This document shows, piece after piece, positions 54,265-64,000 of a stretch of DNA of 64,000 nt. The number at the start of each line of letters is the position of its first letter. Position 1 is the stretch's first letter. Location: the NCBI GenBank assembly GCA_040901985.1, contig JBBDYC010000006.1, positions 58,379 to 122,378 on the forward strand, in the 5' to 3' direction. The translations under genes and the position numbers were made by a program. The stretch is from Gemmatimonadaceae bacterium (GTDB lineage Bacteria > Gemmatimonadota > Gemmatimonadetes > Gemmatimonadales > Gemmatimonadaceae). The notes beneath the pieces are model-generated. The model searched no databases. It saw only the letters and a list, made by a program, of their open reading frames with translations, and had not been told where the DNA came from.

Positions 54265-56066
54265 GCCGCGTCAACGACTTCGCGTTCAAGATGGGGACGG
54301 TGAACGGCACCGGCTCCGCCAGCGCCAACGCCCTGCTGATGCAGGCGATCTTCCGGATGGGAATCCCCGTCACCGGGAAGAACCTCTTCCCATCGAACAT
54401 CCAGGGGCTGCCGACCTGGTACGAGATCCGCGTCAGCAAGGACGGGTACACGGCGCGTCCATCGGCCGTGGATCTCGTCGTCGCGCTCAATCCGGCGACC
54501 TATGCGAAGGACGTCGCGAGCGTGCGTCCGGGCGGCTACCTCCTCTACGACTCGTCGTGGCCGATCGACCCCGACCTCGTGCGCGAGGGGATCACGATCC
54601 TCGGCGTGCCGTTCGGCGCGATGTGCGTCGAGGCGTTCGACACCGACCGTGACCGGACTCTCCTGCGCAATATCACGTACGTGGGCGCCTTGGCGGCCTT
54701 GCTGAGCATTGATATGGACGTCGTCGAGGCGATGCTCACCGAGAAGTTCGGGAAAAAGAAGCGGCTCCTCGACGCCAACCACACCGCCATCAAGCTCGGC
54801 TACGACTTCGCCAAGAAGGAGTTCAAGTGCCCGCTGCCGTTCCATCTCAAGAAGATGGAGGCCACCGGCGATCACGTCCTGATGGATGGCAACACCGCCT
54901 GCGCACTCGGCGCGGTCTATGCCGGCGCGACGGTCGGCGCCTGGTACCCAATCACGCCGGCGACGGCGCTGATGGAGGCATTCACCGCCTTCTGCCACCA
55001 GTTCCGCGTGGACAAGGAGACTGGTGCGCACCACTTCGCCGTCCTCCAGGCCGAGGACGAACTGGCGGCGGCGGGAATCGTGATCGGCGCCGGATGGGCC
55101 GGGGCCCGCGCCTTTACCAACACCTCGGGGCCGGGCATCTCGCTGATGCAGGAGTTCATCGGGCTCGCGTACTACACCGACGTCCCGGCGGTCTTCTTCG
55201 ACATCCAGCGTTGCGGACCGGCGACGGGGATGCCGACACGGACGCAGCAGGCCGACCTTCTCTCGCTCGCCTACGCGTCGCACGGCGACACCAAGCACCT
55301 CATCCTCTTCCCGGCCAATCCCAAGGAATGCTTTGAGATGAGTGTCGAGGCGTTCGACCTCGCCGAGCGGTTCCAGACCCCGGTCTTCGTGGCGTCGGAC
55401 CTCGACATCGGGATGAACGACTGGATGATTCCGCGACTCACTTGGGACGACGCGTATCGCCCCGACCGCGGGAAGGTCCTCGACGCCGAGGCGCTCAAGG
55501 CGCTGCCACGGTTCTCGCGCTACGTGGACGTGGACGGCGACGGGATCGCCGCGCGGACGCTCCCCGGCACGGGTGCCAAGGGCGCGTACTTCGTTCGTGG
55601 GTCGGGCCACGACAAGCACGCCGTATATACCGAGGAGGCCGACGCCTATCAGGAGGTCGTGGACCGCCTCAAGCGGAAGTTCGAGCACGCGGCGGGTGCC
55701 GTGCCCCGCCCCGTCTTCGCGCTGCAGAAGGGCGCCGAGGTCGGCCTCGTGACGCTCGGGGGGTGTGACGCGGCCGTGCTCGAGGCCAAGGACGCGCTGA
55801 AGGCGCAGGGGATCAAGGCCGACGTGATGCGCATCCGCGGCTTCCCCTTCAACGACGAGGTCCGGGAGTTCCTCGGCAAGCACGAGCATACGTTCGTGAT
55901 CGAGCAGAACCGCGATGCGCAGTTGCGCTCCCTCCTCACGATCGAGCTCGGTGTGCCGCGTGACGAGATGACGCCGATCCTCGACTATGGCGGCCTGCCG
56001 CTGACGGCGAAGACCGTCGTGGACGCCGTGGCGAACCACCTCTCGGCTACAGGGGCCCCCGCATGA
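54261..56066 (+). CDS. 2-oxoacid:acceptor oxidoreductase alpha subunit (gamma-alpha fused)
   Basis: YPITPAT, EDELAA, TSGPG, QRCGPATGMPT, EQNRDAQL. Confidence 0.92.
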   Translation: MSRVNDFAFKMGTVNGTGSASANALLMQAIFRMGIPVTGKNLFPSNIQGLPTWYEIRVSKDGYTARPSAVDLVVALNPATYAKDVASVRPGGYLLYDSSWPIDPDLVREGITILGVPFGAMCVEAFDTDRDRTLLRNITYVGALAALLSIDMDVVEAMLTEKFGKKKRLLDANHTAIKLGYDFAKKEFKCPLPFHLKKMEATGDHVLMDGNTACALGAVYAGATVGAWYPITPATALMEAFTAFCHQFRVDKETGAHHFAVLQAEDELAAAGIVIGAGWAGARAFTNTSGPGISLMQEFIGLAYYTDVPAVFFDIQRCGPATGMPTRTQQADLLSLAYASHGDTKHLILFPANPKECFEMSVEAFDLAERFQTPVFVASDLDIGMNDWMIPRLTWDDAYRPDRGKVLDAEALKALPRFSRYVDVDGDGIAARTLPGTGAKGAYFVRGSGHDKHAVYTEEADAYQEVVDRLKRKFEHAAGAVPRPVFALQKGAEVGLVTLGGCDAAVLEAKDALKAQGIKADVMRIRGFPFNDEVREFLGKHEHTFVIEQNRDAQLRSLLTIELGVPRDEMTPILDYGGLPLTAKTVVDAVANHLSATGAPA

Positions 56067-57118
56067 CCTCGATCGCAAAGCCTCCCGTCAAGCATCCCAG
56101 TGCCCGCACGAACGGGCTCGGCCTCACGCTGCGCGACTACGAGGGGGCGATGTCCACCCTCTGCGCCGGGTGCGGACACGACTCCGTGACCGCCGCGATC
56201 GTCCTGGCCGCCTGGGAGCTGGAGCTCCCGCCGCATATGGCGGCGAAGATGAGCGGAATCGGGTGCTCATCGAAGACGACCGCGTACTTCATGAAGCAGT
56301 CGCACGGGTTCAACTCCGTGCACGGCCGGATGCCGTCGGTCACGTCGGGGGCGGCCGCAGCAAACCGGTCGCTGATCTGCATCGGCGTCTCCGGCGATGG
56401 GGATTCGCTGTCCATCGGCCTCGGGCAGATGAGTCACGCCATTCGCCGCAACGTGAACATGCTCTACGTCCTTGAGAACAACGGCGTGTACGGCCTGACC
56501 AAGGGGCAGTTCTCCGCCTCGGCCGACGTCGGGTCCAAGTCAAAGAAGGGGGAGGCCAACGAGCAGTCGCCGATAGATCCCGTGCTCCTGGCGCTGACGC
56601 TCGGCGCGACCTTTGTGGCGCGCTCGTTCTCCGGCGACAAGCAGCAGCTCGTGCCGATCCTCAAGGCGGGGATCACGCACAAGGGGTTCGCCCTGGTGGA
56701 TGTGATCTCGCCCTGCGTGACGTTCAACGACCACGAGGGGTCAACGAAGTCGTATGCGTACACGCGGGAGCACGAAGTGGAGGCGGTGACCACCGACTTC
56801 GTGCCGCTCAGGCGGGAGATCACGGTACCGGTGACGGACGCTTCCGTGGCCGTGGTGCGGATGCACGACGGGAGCGAGGTGCGGTTGCGGGCGACGGGTG
56901 ACGGGTACGATCCGACCGACCGCGGCTCGGCCTACGCGCACGTGCGCGAGTGCCAGGCGCGGGGGGAGATCGCGACGGGGCTGCTGTTCGTGGACGAGGG
57001 TGGGCACGAAATGGTGGAGGGACTCAAGCTCCCGGAGCGGCCGCTCGTGGACTTGGCGTATGAGCAGCTCTGTCCGGGGAGCGCGAAGCTGGACGCCCTG
57101 ATGGCGCGCTACCGCTGA
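56063..57118 (+). CDS. 2-oxoacid:ferredoxin oxidoreductase beta subunit (TPP-binding)
   Basis: CAGCGH, GIGCS, HGR, GDGD...NNGVYGLTKGQ, SPCVTF. Confidence 0.93.
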   Translation: MTSIAKPPVKHPSARTNGLGLTLRDYEGAMSTLCAGCGHDSVTAAIVLAAWELELPPHMAAKMSGIGCSSKTTAYFMKQSHGFNSVHGRMPSVTSGAAAANRSLICIGVSGDGDSLSIGLGQMSHAIRRNVNMLYVLENNGVYGLTKGQFSASADVGSKSKKGEANEQSPIDPVLLALTLGATFVARSFSGDKQQLVPILKAGITHKGFALVDVISPCVTFNDHEGSTKSYAYTREHEVEAVTTDFVPLRREITVPVTDASVAVVRMHDGSEVRLRATGDGYDPTDRGSAYAHVRECQARGEIATGLLFVDEGGHEMVEGLKLPERPLVDLAYEQLCPGSAKLDALMARYR

Positions 57119-57119
57119 C

Positions 57120-57144
57120 GCCGCGCTTCGAGTACGGCCTTTTT
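57120..57144 (+). terminator. Possible weak intrinsic terminator after the beta subunit gene
   Basis: Imperfect stem GCCGCGCT-tcg-AGTACGGC followed by CTTTTT. Confidence 0.3.
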
Positions 57145-57160
57145 CCTCTTCGAGGTCCTT

Positions 57161-59578
57161 ATGTTGACGCGTTGTCTTTCGCTCCTCGCCCTCGTCGCGG
57201 CCACAACTGTCAGCGCAATCGCCCCCCTTTCGGCCCAAGAACTGTTCGCCGTATCGCGCGACGGCGACAAACTTCTCTTCACAGTCCCTGACTCCCTCCT
57301 GGGCCGCGACATGATCATTATGTCGAGGTATGCCCGGGTGCAGGACGGAATGTCCCAAGTCGGCGCGAACCTGGCGCCGAACATCGTCGTGCGTTGGGAA
57401 CGGCGCGACGACCGTGTCTACCTCCGTGCGACGTCACACCAGACGACGGCGGAACCGGGCACTGCTCGCCACCTCGCCGTCGAAGACCAGAACTTCGCGC
57501 CGGTCCTGCAGTCGTTCAAGCTCGAACGGCGAGCCGGCAACGCCAGCGTCATCAACGTTGCTGACCTCTACCTCGCCGAACACCCGGCGTTCACGCTGCA
57601 GCGGCAGCAGCGTACCCAGCTCGCCGTCCGCCGCTACGAGCGCGACCGCAGTTGGCTGGAGTTCGCCCGCGCCTTCCCCACCAACGTCGAGGTCCGTGTC
57701 GTCCAGACCTACGCGGCGGACCAGCCGCCGAGCAATGCGCGCGGTGGCGCGGTGAGCTTCGAGGTGAACCACTCGATGATCCTCCTGCCGGCCGTGCCGA
57801 TGCGGCCGCGGCTCTGGGACGAGCGCGTGGGCTTCATCAGCGTGCAGCGCACGAACTACTCGCGCGACTTCCAGGGCGTGCGGCCCGAACGCTACGTGCG
57901 CCGCTACCGGCTGGAGCCGAAGGACACCGCCGCCTTCCTGCGTGGCGAACTCGTCGAGCCGGTGAAGCCGTGGATCTGGTACATTGACCCGGCAACACCG
58001 GAAGAGTGGGTGCCGTTCTTTGAGGCCGGGATCCTGGAGTGGAACGGAGCATTCGAGGACGCGGGCTTCAAGAACGCCATCCAGGTGCGCCGTGCGCCCA
58101 CGGAGGCCGAGGATCCCACGTTCTCGCTCCTCGACGCTCGGTACTCCGTGGTTCGGTATGTCCCAACTACCGTCCGCTCAGCCAACTCCGGGGGCGATGT
58201 GGTGGACCCGCGGAGCGGAGAGGTCCTCCGCGCGCACACGAATATGTATGAGGCCGTCGCCGAGCGGATGCGCTGGCAGTTGCTCTCCCAGGTAGCGACC
58301 GCAGCGGACGACAAGCGGTATCGAAGCTCACGCCTTCCGCCCGACCTGATGGGCGAGGCGATCCGCTACGTGATGTCGCACGAGACCGCGCATTCGGTCG
58401 GCTTGCCACACAATCAGCGCGCAAACTTCGTCTTCCCGATTGACTCCATCCGGAATCCCGACTTCGTGGCGCGGATGGGACACTCGGGATCGTCGGTCGG
58501 ACGGACGCGATTCAACTACGCCGCCCAGCCGGGTGACGGCGTGAACCCGGCGCGGCGGATGGGCATCTGGGACCGCTGGGCCGTGTACTGGGGCTACCGA
58601 CCGATCATTGACGCGACAAGCGCTCTCGACGAGACACCGACGCTCAATCGGTGGGTCACCGAGCGCGCGGACAAGCCCTGGTTCCGTTTTGCCGACGCGC
58701 AGTTCGGGATGGACGTCGAGTGGGATCCGTACCGGATGACGGAAGGCATCAGCGACGACCCGGTCGAAGCGGCTTCACTGGGTATGCGCAACCTCAAGGT
58801 GATGGTGGACAGTCTGCTCCCGTGGCTTCTGCGCGATGGGGACGACTATTACGAGGTTGAGAACCACTATTTGCAAGCATTGACGCAGTGGAACCGGTAC
58901 GCCGAGCACGCGGCGGCGGCCGTCGGCGGGTCGTGGACGCATCACAAGCGGTACGGCGAGCCGGGCGTGATCTATACGGCGATCGAGCCGGCGTACCAGC
59001 GCAAGGCGATGCAGTTCATTGACGAGCAGGTGCTGGCGACCCCGACCTGGGCGCTCAAGCCGGACGTCCTGCGGCGGCTCGAGCACGCCGGCGCGGTCGA
59101 GCGGATCCGGGCGTATCAGGAACTGGCGGTGCAGCGATTGCTCAACCACGCGCGGCTGGCCCGGCTCATCGAACACGAGGCGTTCCTGGGCTCGGCGACG
59201 TACACGCCAACGCAGATGCTCGACGATACACGCACCGCCGTCTGGCGGGACGCCCGGACGGGCAACGCGGTGGATGTCTATCGGCGCAATCTGCAACGGG
59301 CGTATCTCGCCCAGGCGCACCATCTCCTGAAGGTGGCGGACAATGCGGGGTGGAGTCCGCCGCGATCCGGGGATCTGCGCGTGGGCAGCGACACGGATCC
59401 GCGCCTCAACGGGGAGTTGAAGATCGCGCAGTCGGACATCCGCCCGCTGATCCGCGATCAGCTCACGTTGCTCCGGACCGAGCTTCGCGCGGCGCTCGGG
59501 CGTGGCGTGCGGGACCGGAGTACCCGCATCCATTTGGAGGATGCGGTGCTGCGGATCGATCAGGCGCTGGCGCCCTGA
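57161..59578 (+). CDS. Secreted zinc-dependent metalloprotease (DUF5117/DUF4953 Met-zincin-like family)
   Basis: Signal peptide; [66 protein letters not shown]. Confidence 0.85.
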   Translation: MLTRCLSLLALVAATTVSAIAPLSAQELFAVSRDGDKLLFTVPDSLLGRDMIIMSRYARVQDGMSQVGANLAPNIVVRWERRDDRVYLRATSHQTTAEPGTARHLAVEDQNFAPVLQSFKLERRAGNASVINVADLYLAEHPAFTLQRQQRTQLAVRRYERDRSWLEFARAFPTNVEVRVVQTYAADQPPSNARGGAVSFEVNHSMILLPAVPMRPRLWDERVGFISVQRTNYSRDFQGVRPERYVRRYRLEPKDTAAFLRGELVEPVKPWIWYIDPATPEEWVPFFEAGILEWNGAFEDAGFKNAIQVRRAPTEAEDPTFSLLDARYSVVRYVPTTVRSANSGGDVVDPRSGEVLRAHTNMYEAVAERMRWQLLSQVATAADDKRYRSSRLPPDLMGEAIRYVMSHETAHSVGLPHNQRANFVFPIDSIRNPDFVARMGHSGSSVGRTRFNYAAQPGDGVNPARRMGIWDRWAVYWGYRPIIDATSALDETPTLNRWVTERADKPWFRFADAQFGMDVEWDPYRMTEGISDDPVEAASLGMRNLKVMVDSLLPWLLRDGDDYYEVENHYLQALTQWNRYAEHAAAAVGGSWTHHKRYGEPGVIYTAIEPAYQRKAMQFIDEQVLATPTWALKPDVLRRLEHAGAVERIRAYQELAVQRLLNHARLARLIEHEAFLGSATYTPTQMLDDTRTAVWRDARTGNAVDVYRRNLQRAYLAQAHHLLKVADNAGWSPPRSGDLRVGSDTDPRLNGELKIAQSDIRPLIRDQLTLLRTELRAALGRGVRDRSTRIHLEDAVLRIDQALAP

Positions 59579-60336
59579 GCCGCCGCGGCGACGATGTAAT
59601 CCCGATTCATCTGCATGATCGCATCGAGCGAGATCCCCTTGGGACACGCCTCCATGCACTCCCCGAACAGCGAACACCCGCCAAACCCCTCGAGGTCCAT
59701 CGTCTCCACCATCGCCAGCGCCCGCATCCGACGCTCCGGCTGACCCTGCGGCAGCGCGCCGAGATGCGTGATCTTGGCCGCGGTGAACAAGGACGCTGAC
59801 GCGTTCGGGCAGGCCGCCACACACGCCCCGCACCCGATGCACGCCGCATTGTCCATCGCCAGCTCGGCATCCGACTTCGGTACCGGAATCCCATTAGCAT
59901 CCTGCGCGGTCCCGGTAGGCGCGGAGATGAACCCGCCGGCCTGAATGATCCGATCGAACGCACCGCGATCCACGATCAGGTCCTTCACCACCGGAAACGC
60001 CTTCGCCCGCCAGGGCTCGATGAAGATCTCCTGCCCATCGGTGAAGCTCCGCATATGCAGCTGGCAAGCCGTGGTGAGCTTCATCGGCCCGTGCGCGTGA
60101 CCGTTGATCATCACCCCGCACGCACCGCAGATCCCCTCTCGACAATCGTGGTCGAAGGCAATCGGCTCGTCCCCTGCCTCGACGAGTCGCTCGTTCACCA
60201 CGTCGAGCATCTCGAGGAAGCTCATATCCGGGCTGATGTCCTTCGCCGGATACGTGACCATCGCGCCCTTCGCGTTCGGGCCGCCCTGCCGCCAGACGTG
60301 GAGCGTGAGGTTCAACCCAGAACCGGAAGAACTCAC
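59560..60336 (-). CDS. sdhB: Succinate dehydrogenase/fumarate reductase iron-sulfur subunit
   Basis: [34 protein letters not shown]. Confidence 0.95.
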   Translation of the reverse strand: MSSSGSGLNLTLHVWRQGGPNAKGAMVTYPAKDISPDMSFLEMLDVVNERLVEAGDEPIAFDHDCREGICGACGVMINGHAHGPMKLTTACQLHMRSFTDGQEIFIEPWRAKAFPVVKDLIVDRGAFDRIIQAGGFISAPTGTAQDANGIPVPKSDAELAMDNAACIGCGACVAACPNASASLFTAAKITHLGALPQGQPERRMRALAMVETMDLEGFGGCSLFGECMEACPKGISLDAIMQMNRDYIVAAAAQGASA

Positions 60337-62255
60337 TTGTAGCTCCGCGTGCTGAGGTGGACGTTGTCGAACGTGAGCGGCTCCTTGTTCAGGATCGGCG
60401 CCTTCCCTTCACCGGCGTACTCCCACGCCGCCACGTAGGCAAAGGCGTCGTCGTTGCGCTTGGCCTCGCCGTCGGGTGTCTGGTGCTCGGTGCGGAAATG
60501 CCCGCCGCAACTCTCCTCCCGATGCAACGCGTCCACGCACAGCAACTCGGCGAACTCCAAAAAGTCCGCCACACGCCCGGCGCGCTCGAGGGACTGGTTC
60601 AGCTCGGCGCCGGTGCCCGGTACCTTCACGTTGCGCCAGAACTCCTCGCGCAGCCGCGGGATCTCCTCAAGCGCCCGCCTGAGCCCGGCCGCGTCCCGCG
60701 CCATTCCGCACTTGTCCCAGAGAATCGTGCCGAGCTCGCGGTGAAAGGAGTTCACGGTCCGCTTGCCGTTGATCGAGAGCAGTCGCGTGGTCCGCTCCTC
60801 GACCGCGGCGCGCGCCGCAACGAACTCGGGATGGTCGGGCGTCACCGGCGCAAGCGTGTTGCTCGCCAGGTAGTCGCCGATGGTGTACGGGATCACGAAG
60901 TATCCGTCGGCCAACCCCTGCATCAGCGCGCTCGCGCCAAGGCGATTGGCGCCGTGGTCGGAGAAGTTCGCCTCGCCCAGCACGTGCAACCCGGGAATGG
61001 TGCTCATCAGGTTGTAGTCCACCCAGAGCCCGCCCATCGTGTAGTGCACCGCGGGGTAGATCCGCATCGGCCGCGTGTACGGATCCTCATCGGTGATCCG
61101 CTGGTACATCTCGAAGAGGTTGCTGTACCGCTCCTCGATCGCCGCCTTGCCGAGCCGCTGGATGGCATCGGCGAAGTCGAGATAGACGCTTTGGCCGCCG
61201 GGACCGACGCCGCGCCCATCGTCGCAGGCCTCCTTTGCGGCGCGGGACGAGATGTCGCGCGGCGAAAGGTTGCCGAAGCTCGGATACTTGCGCTCGAGAT
61301 AGTAGTCGCGATCCTCCTCGGCGATCTCGGACGGGTCCTTTGCCACGTCCTCGCGACGCTTCGGCACCCAGACCCGCCCGTCGTTGCGCAGCGACTCGGA
61401 CATCAGCGTCAGCTTCGACTGGTGCTCGCCGGCCACGGGGATGCACGTCGGGTGGATCTGTGTGAAGCACGGATTGGCGAACGCAGCGCCCTTGCGGTAC
61501 GCGCGGTACGTCGCCGTGACGTTGCACCCCATCGCGTTGGTCGAGAGATAGAACACCGGGCTGTAGCCGCCGGTCGCCAGGATCACCGCGTCGGCGGTGT
61601 GCGACTCGATTTCGCCGGTCACCATGTCGCGGACGATGATCCCGCGGGCCTTCCCGTCCACCAACACGAGGTCGAGCATTTCGTGCCGCTCGTACATCTT
61701 CACGCCGCCGCGCGCGATTTCCTTCTCCAACGCCTGATACGCGCCGAGCAGGAGTTGCTGTCCCGTCTGGCCGCGCGCGTAAAAGGTCCGCGAGACCTGC
61801 GCGCCGCCAAAGCTGCGGTTGGCGAGCGACCCACCGTACTCACGCGCGAACGGCACCCCCTGCGCCACGCACTGGTCAATGATGTTCACCGACACCTGAG
61901 CCAGCCGATACACGTTGGCCTCGCGGGCGCGGAAATCGCCGCCCTTGATTGTGTCGTAGAACAGCCGCTGCACTGAGTCGCCATCGTTGCGATAGTTCTT
62001 GGCGGCGTTGATCCCGCCCTGCGCGGCGATCGAATGGGCGCGGCGCGGTGAGTCCTGATAGCAGAAGCAACTGACGTGGTAGCCGAGCTCGCTCAGCGTC
62101 GCCGACGCCGACGCGCCGGCGAGCCCCGAACCGACGACGATCACGTGGTATTTCCGCTTGTTCGCCGGATTCACCAGCTTCATCTCGAAGCGATGGTTGT
62201 CCCACTTGTCGGCGAGGGCGCCGGAGGGGATCTTGGCGTCGAGCTTGAGGGTCAC
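60333..62255 (-). CDS. sdhA: Succinate dehydrogenase/fumarate reductase flavoprotein
   Basis: [42 protein letters not shown]. Confidence 0.96.
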   Translation of the reverse strand: MTLKLDAKIPSGALADKWDNHRFEMKLVNPANKRKYHVIVVGSGLAGASASATLSELGYHVSCFCYQDSPRRAHSIAAQGGINAAKNYRNDGDSVQRLFYDTIKGGDFRAREANVYRLAQVSVNIIDQCVAQGVPFAREYGGSLANRSFGGAQVSRTFYARGQTGQQLLLGAYQALEKEIARGGVKMYERHEMLDLVLVDGKARGIIVRDMVTGEIESHTADAVILATGGYSPVFYLSTNAMGCNVTATYRAYRKGAAFANPCFTQIHPTCIPVAGEHQSKLTLMSESLRNDGRVWVPKRREDVAKDPSEIAEEDRDYYLERKYPSFGNLSPRDISSRAAKEACDDGRGVGPGGQSVYLDFADAIQRLGKAAIEERYSNLFEMYQRITDEDPYTRPMRIYPAVHYTMGGLWVDYNLMSTIPGLHVLGEANFSDHGANRLGASALMQGLADGYFVIPYTIGDYLASNTLAPVTPDHPEFVAARAAVEERTTRLLSINGKRTVNSFHRELGTILWDKCGMARDAAGLRRALEEIPRLREEFWRNVKVPGTGAELNQSLERAGRVADFLEFAELLCVDALHREESCGGHFRTEHQTPDGEAKRNDDAFAYVAAWEYAGEGKAPILNKEPLTFDNVHLSTRSYK

Positions 62256-62271
62256 GGTCGGCGTCTCGTGG

Positions 62272-62928
62272 TCAGTCGAGGATGCCCAGCAGGACCGCCA
62301 CCGGGATGACGGTGAAGCCCGCCCAGACGGTGATCGCCACGGCGAGCGCGATCCGGCGTTCGAGCGGCGCCGGCGATGGCTTGGCGATGCCGAGCGTGCG
62401 GAACCCGCTCCAGACGCCGTGAAAAAGGTGGAGTCCGAGGAAGGCCATCGCGACGATGTAGAAGAGCGACACCCACCAGCTCTCGAACCCGAGAATCACG
62501 TTGCCGTATGCCCCACCCCGACTGAACGCCGGGTGCCAGGCGCCGACCGTGAAGTGCATCAAGTGGTAGACGATGAAGAGCGCGAGCACCACGCCGCCGA
62601 CGCGCATCGTGCGCGACGCGATCGTCGAGGCGATCGACTCGCGCCGGGCGTAGTCGTCGGGGCGCGCCTTCCGCGCGATCGCCGTGAGCTGGACCGCCGA
62701 GATGATGTGCAGCACCGCCGCGGCGAGGAGCACCGCGCGGGCCATCCAAAGCAGCGGACCCAGCGCCTGAAGACTGTGCGCGTAGCTGTTGAAGGCGTCG
62801 GCGCCAAGGAAGAGCTGCAGGTTCCCCGCCATATGGCCGACGACGAAGACCACGAGCCCCAGCCCGGTCACCGCCATCACGACTTTTTTCCCGATCGTGG
62901 AGGCCCAGAAGTCGCGCAGCCAGCGCAT
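62272..62928 (-). CDS. sdhC: Succinate dehydrogenase cytochrome b558 subunit (single five-helix anchor)
   Basis: [35 protein letters not shown]. Confidence 0.92.
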   Translation of the reverse strand: MRWLRDFWASTIGKKVVMAVTGLGLVVFVVGHMAGNLQLFLGADAFNSYAHSLQALGPLLWMARAVLLAAAVLHIISAVQLTAIARKARPDDYARRESIASTIASRTMRVGGVVLALFIVYHLMHFTVGAWHPAFSRGGAYGNVILGFESWWVSLFYIVAMAFLGLHLFHGVWSGFRTLGIAKPSPAPLERRIALAVAITVWAGFTVIPVAVLLGILD

Positions 62929-62933
62929 TGCCG

Positions 62934-63863
62934 CTACTGCTTGACGACGGACATCGGCTCGCGGACCGCCGCCGCGCTCTTTTCCAGCGCGGCGCGCTCA
63001 TCCGCGGTCAACGTGACCTCGATGATCTTCTCCATTCCCTTCCGCCCAAGCTTCACCGGTACGCCGAGGAAGAGCCCCTTCATCCCGTACTCCCCGTCGA
63101 GCCAGGCCGAGCACGGCAGGATGCGCTTCTGGTCGTTGACGATCGCCTCGACCATCTGGACGGCGCCCGACGACGGCGCATAGTACGCCGAGCCGGTCTT
63201 CAGGTGCTTCACGATCTCGGCGCCACCGTTGCGTGTGCGGTCCACGATTGCGTTGAGCGTCGCCGTGTCCATCAGCTGTGTGATCGGGATTCCGCTCACG
63301 GTCGTGTAAGAGATCAGCGGGACCATCGTGTCGCCGTGTCCGCCAAGGACCATCGCCTGGATGTCGCGGACCGAGACGTCGAGCGCGGTGGCGAGGAAGG
63401 CGCGGTAGCGCGCGGTGTCGAGGATGCCCGCCATCCCGATCACTCGCTCGCGCGGGAAGCCGGTGGCCTCCTTGGCCACCCAGCACATCACGTCGAGCGG
63501 ATTGGAGACCACGATGACGATTGCCTTGGGCGAGGTCTTGCGGACGCTCTCGCCGACCGACTTGACGATGCCGGCGTTGGTATTGAGGAGGTCGTCGCGG
63601 CTCATTCCCGGCTTGCGGGCAATGCCGGCGGTGATGACGACGATTTCCGATTCGGCGCTTTCGTCGTAGGTATTGCTCCCGATCACCCGGCTGTCGAACC
63701 CCTCGATGGGCGCCGACTGCCACTGGTCGAGTCCCTTCCCCTGCGGCACGCCCTCGACGACGTCCACCATCACGACGGTGCGGGCGAGTTCCTTCTCGGC
63801 GATGCGTTGCGCGGCCGTCGCGCCAACGTTGCCGGCGCCTACAACCGTGATCTTGTTGACCAT
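62934..63863 (-). CDS. mdh: Malate dehydrogenase (LDH-like)
   Basis: [43 protein letters not shown]. Confidence 0.96.
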   Translation of the reverse strand: MVNKITVVGAGNVGATAAQRIAEKELARTVVMVDVVEGVPQGKGLDQWQSAPIEGFDSRVIGSNTYDESAESEIVVITAGIARKPGMSRDDLLNTNAGIVKSVGESVRKTSPKAIVIVVSNPLDVMCWVAKEATGFPRERVIGMAGILDTARYRAFLATALDVSVRDIQAMVLGGHGDTMVPLISYTTVSGIPITQLMDTATLNAIVDRTRNGGAEIVKHLKTGSAYYAPSSGAVQMVEAIVNDQKRILPCSAWLDGEYGMKGLFLGVPVKLGRKGMEKIIEVTLTADERAALEKSAAAVREPMSVVKQ

Positions 63864-63945
63864 TTGAGGGACGGTGGGAGTGGGGATCTCGAGAGGACTG
63901 CGTAGGACAATAACGTCTAAAGCGAGCGAACTGAAGGTGCAGCAC

Positions 63946-64000
63946 CCTCACACCTCACACCTCACACCTCACACCTCACACCTCACACCTCACACCTCAC
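63946..64000. repeat. Perfect heptamer tandem repeat (CCTCACA)n, about 7.9 copies, runs off the window
   Basis: Read directly from the sequence. Confidence 0.95.

Noticed and set aside
63946..64000. Repeat as a CRISPR array or telomere
   Set aside because: A simple 7-bp tandem unit with no spacers and no cas genes in the window.

Overview
High-GC bacterial chromosome segment, mostly housekeeping genes on the minus strand. Gene order and protein style suggest Gemmatimonadota (inference, not tested). From left to right: partial pyrG, kdsB, trpG/pabA-like, xerD, dedA, ispF, futalosine-pathway mqnC/mqnA/mqnE, the yceD-rpmF-plsX-fabH-fabD-fabG-acpP-fabF cluster, ndk, sucD, sucC, a Tat-signal amidase, a UPF0182 protein, a phosphohexomutase and a complete nuoA-N operon. 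The nuo operon has a sigma70-like promoter and a perfect Rex-like palindrome upstream. Then come dcd, two secreted peptidases, an imuA-imuB-dnaE2 mutasome cassette, a flavoprotein plus 2-oxoacid oxidoreductase alpha/beta operon, a Met-zincin-like protease, sdhCAB, mdh and a heptamer repeat at the window edge. The stand-out feature is a compact three-gene unit at 47470-52323 (minus strand). It encodes a CarF/TMEM189(PEDS1)-type desaturase, a eukaryote-like alkyl-DHAP synthase (AGPS) and a fatty acyl reductase-GNPAT-like acyltransferase fusion. Together these are nearly the whole oxygen-dependent, 'peroxisomal-type' ether-lipid/plasmalogen pathway in one bacterial locus. No rRNA, tRNA, CRISPR or mobile element was recognised. 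Several start codons were moved from the ORF track by eye.
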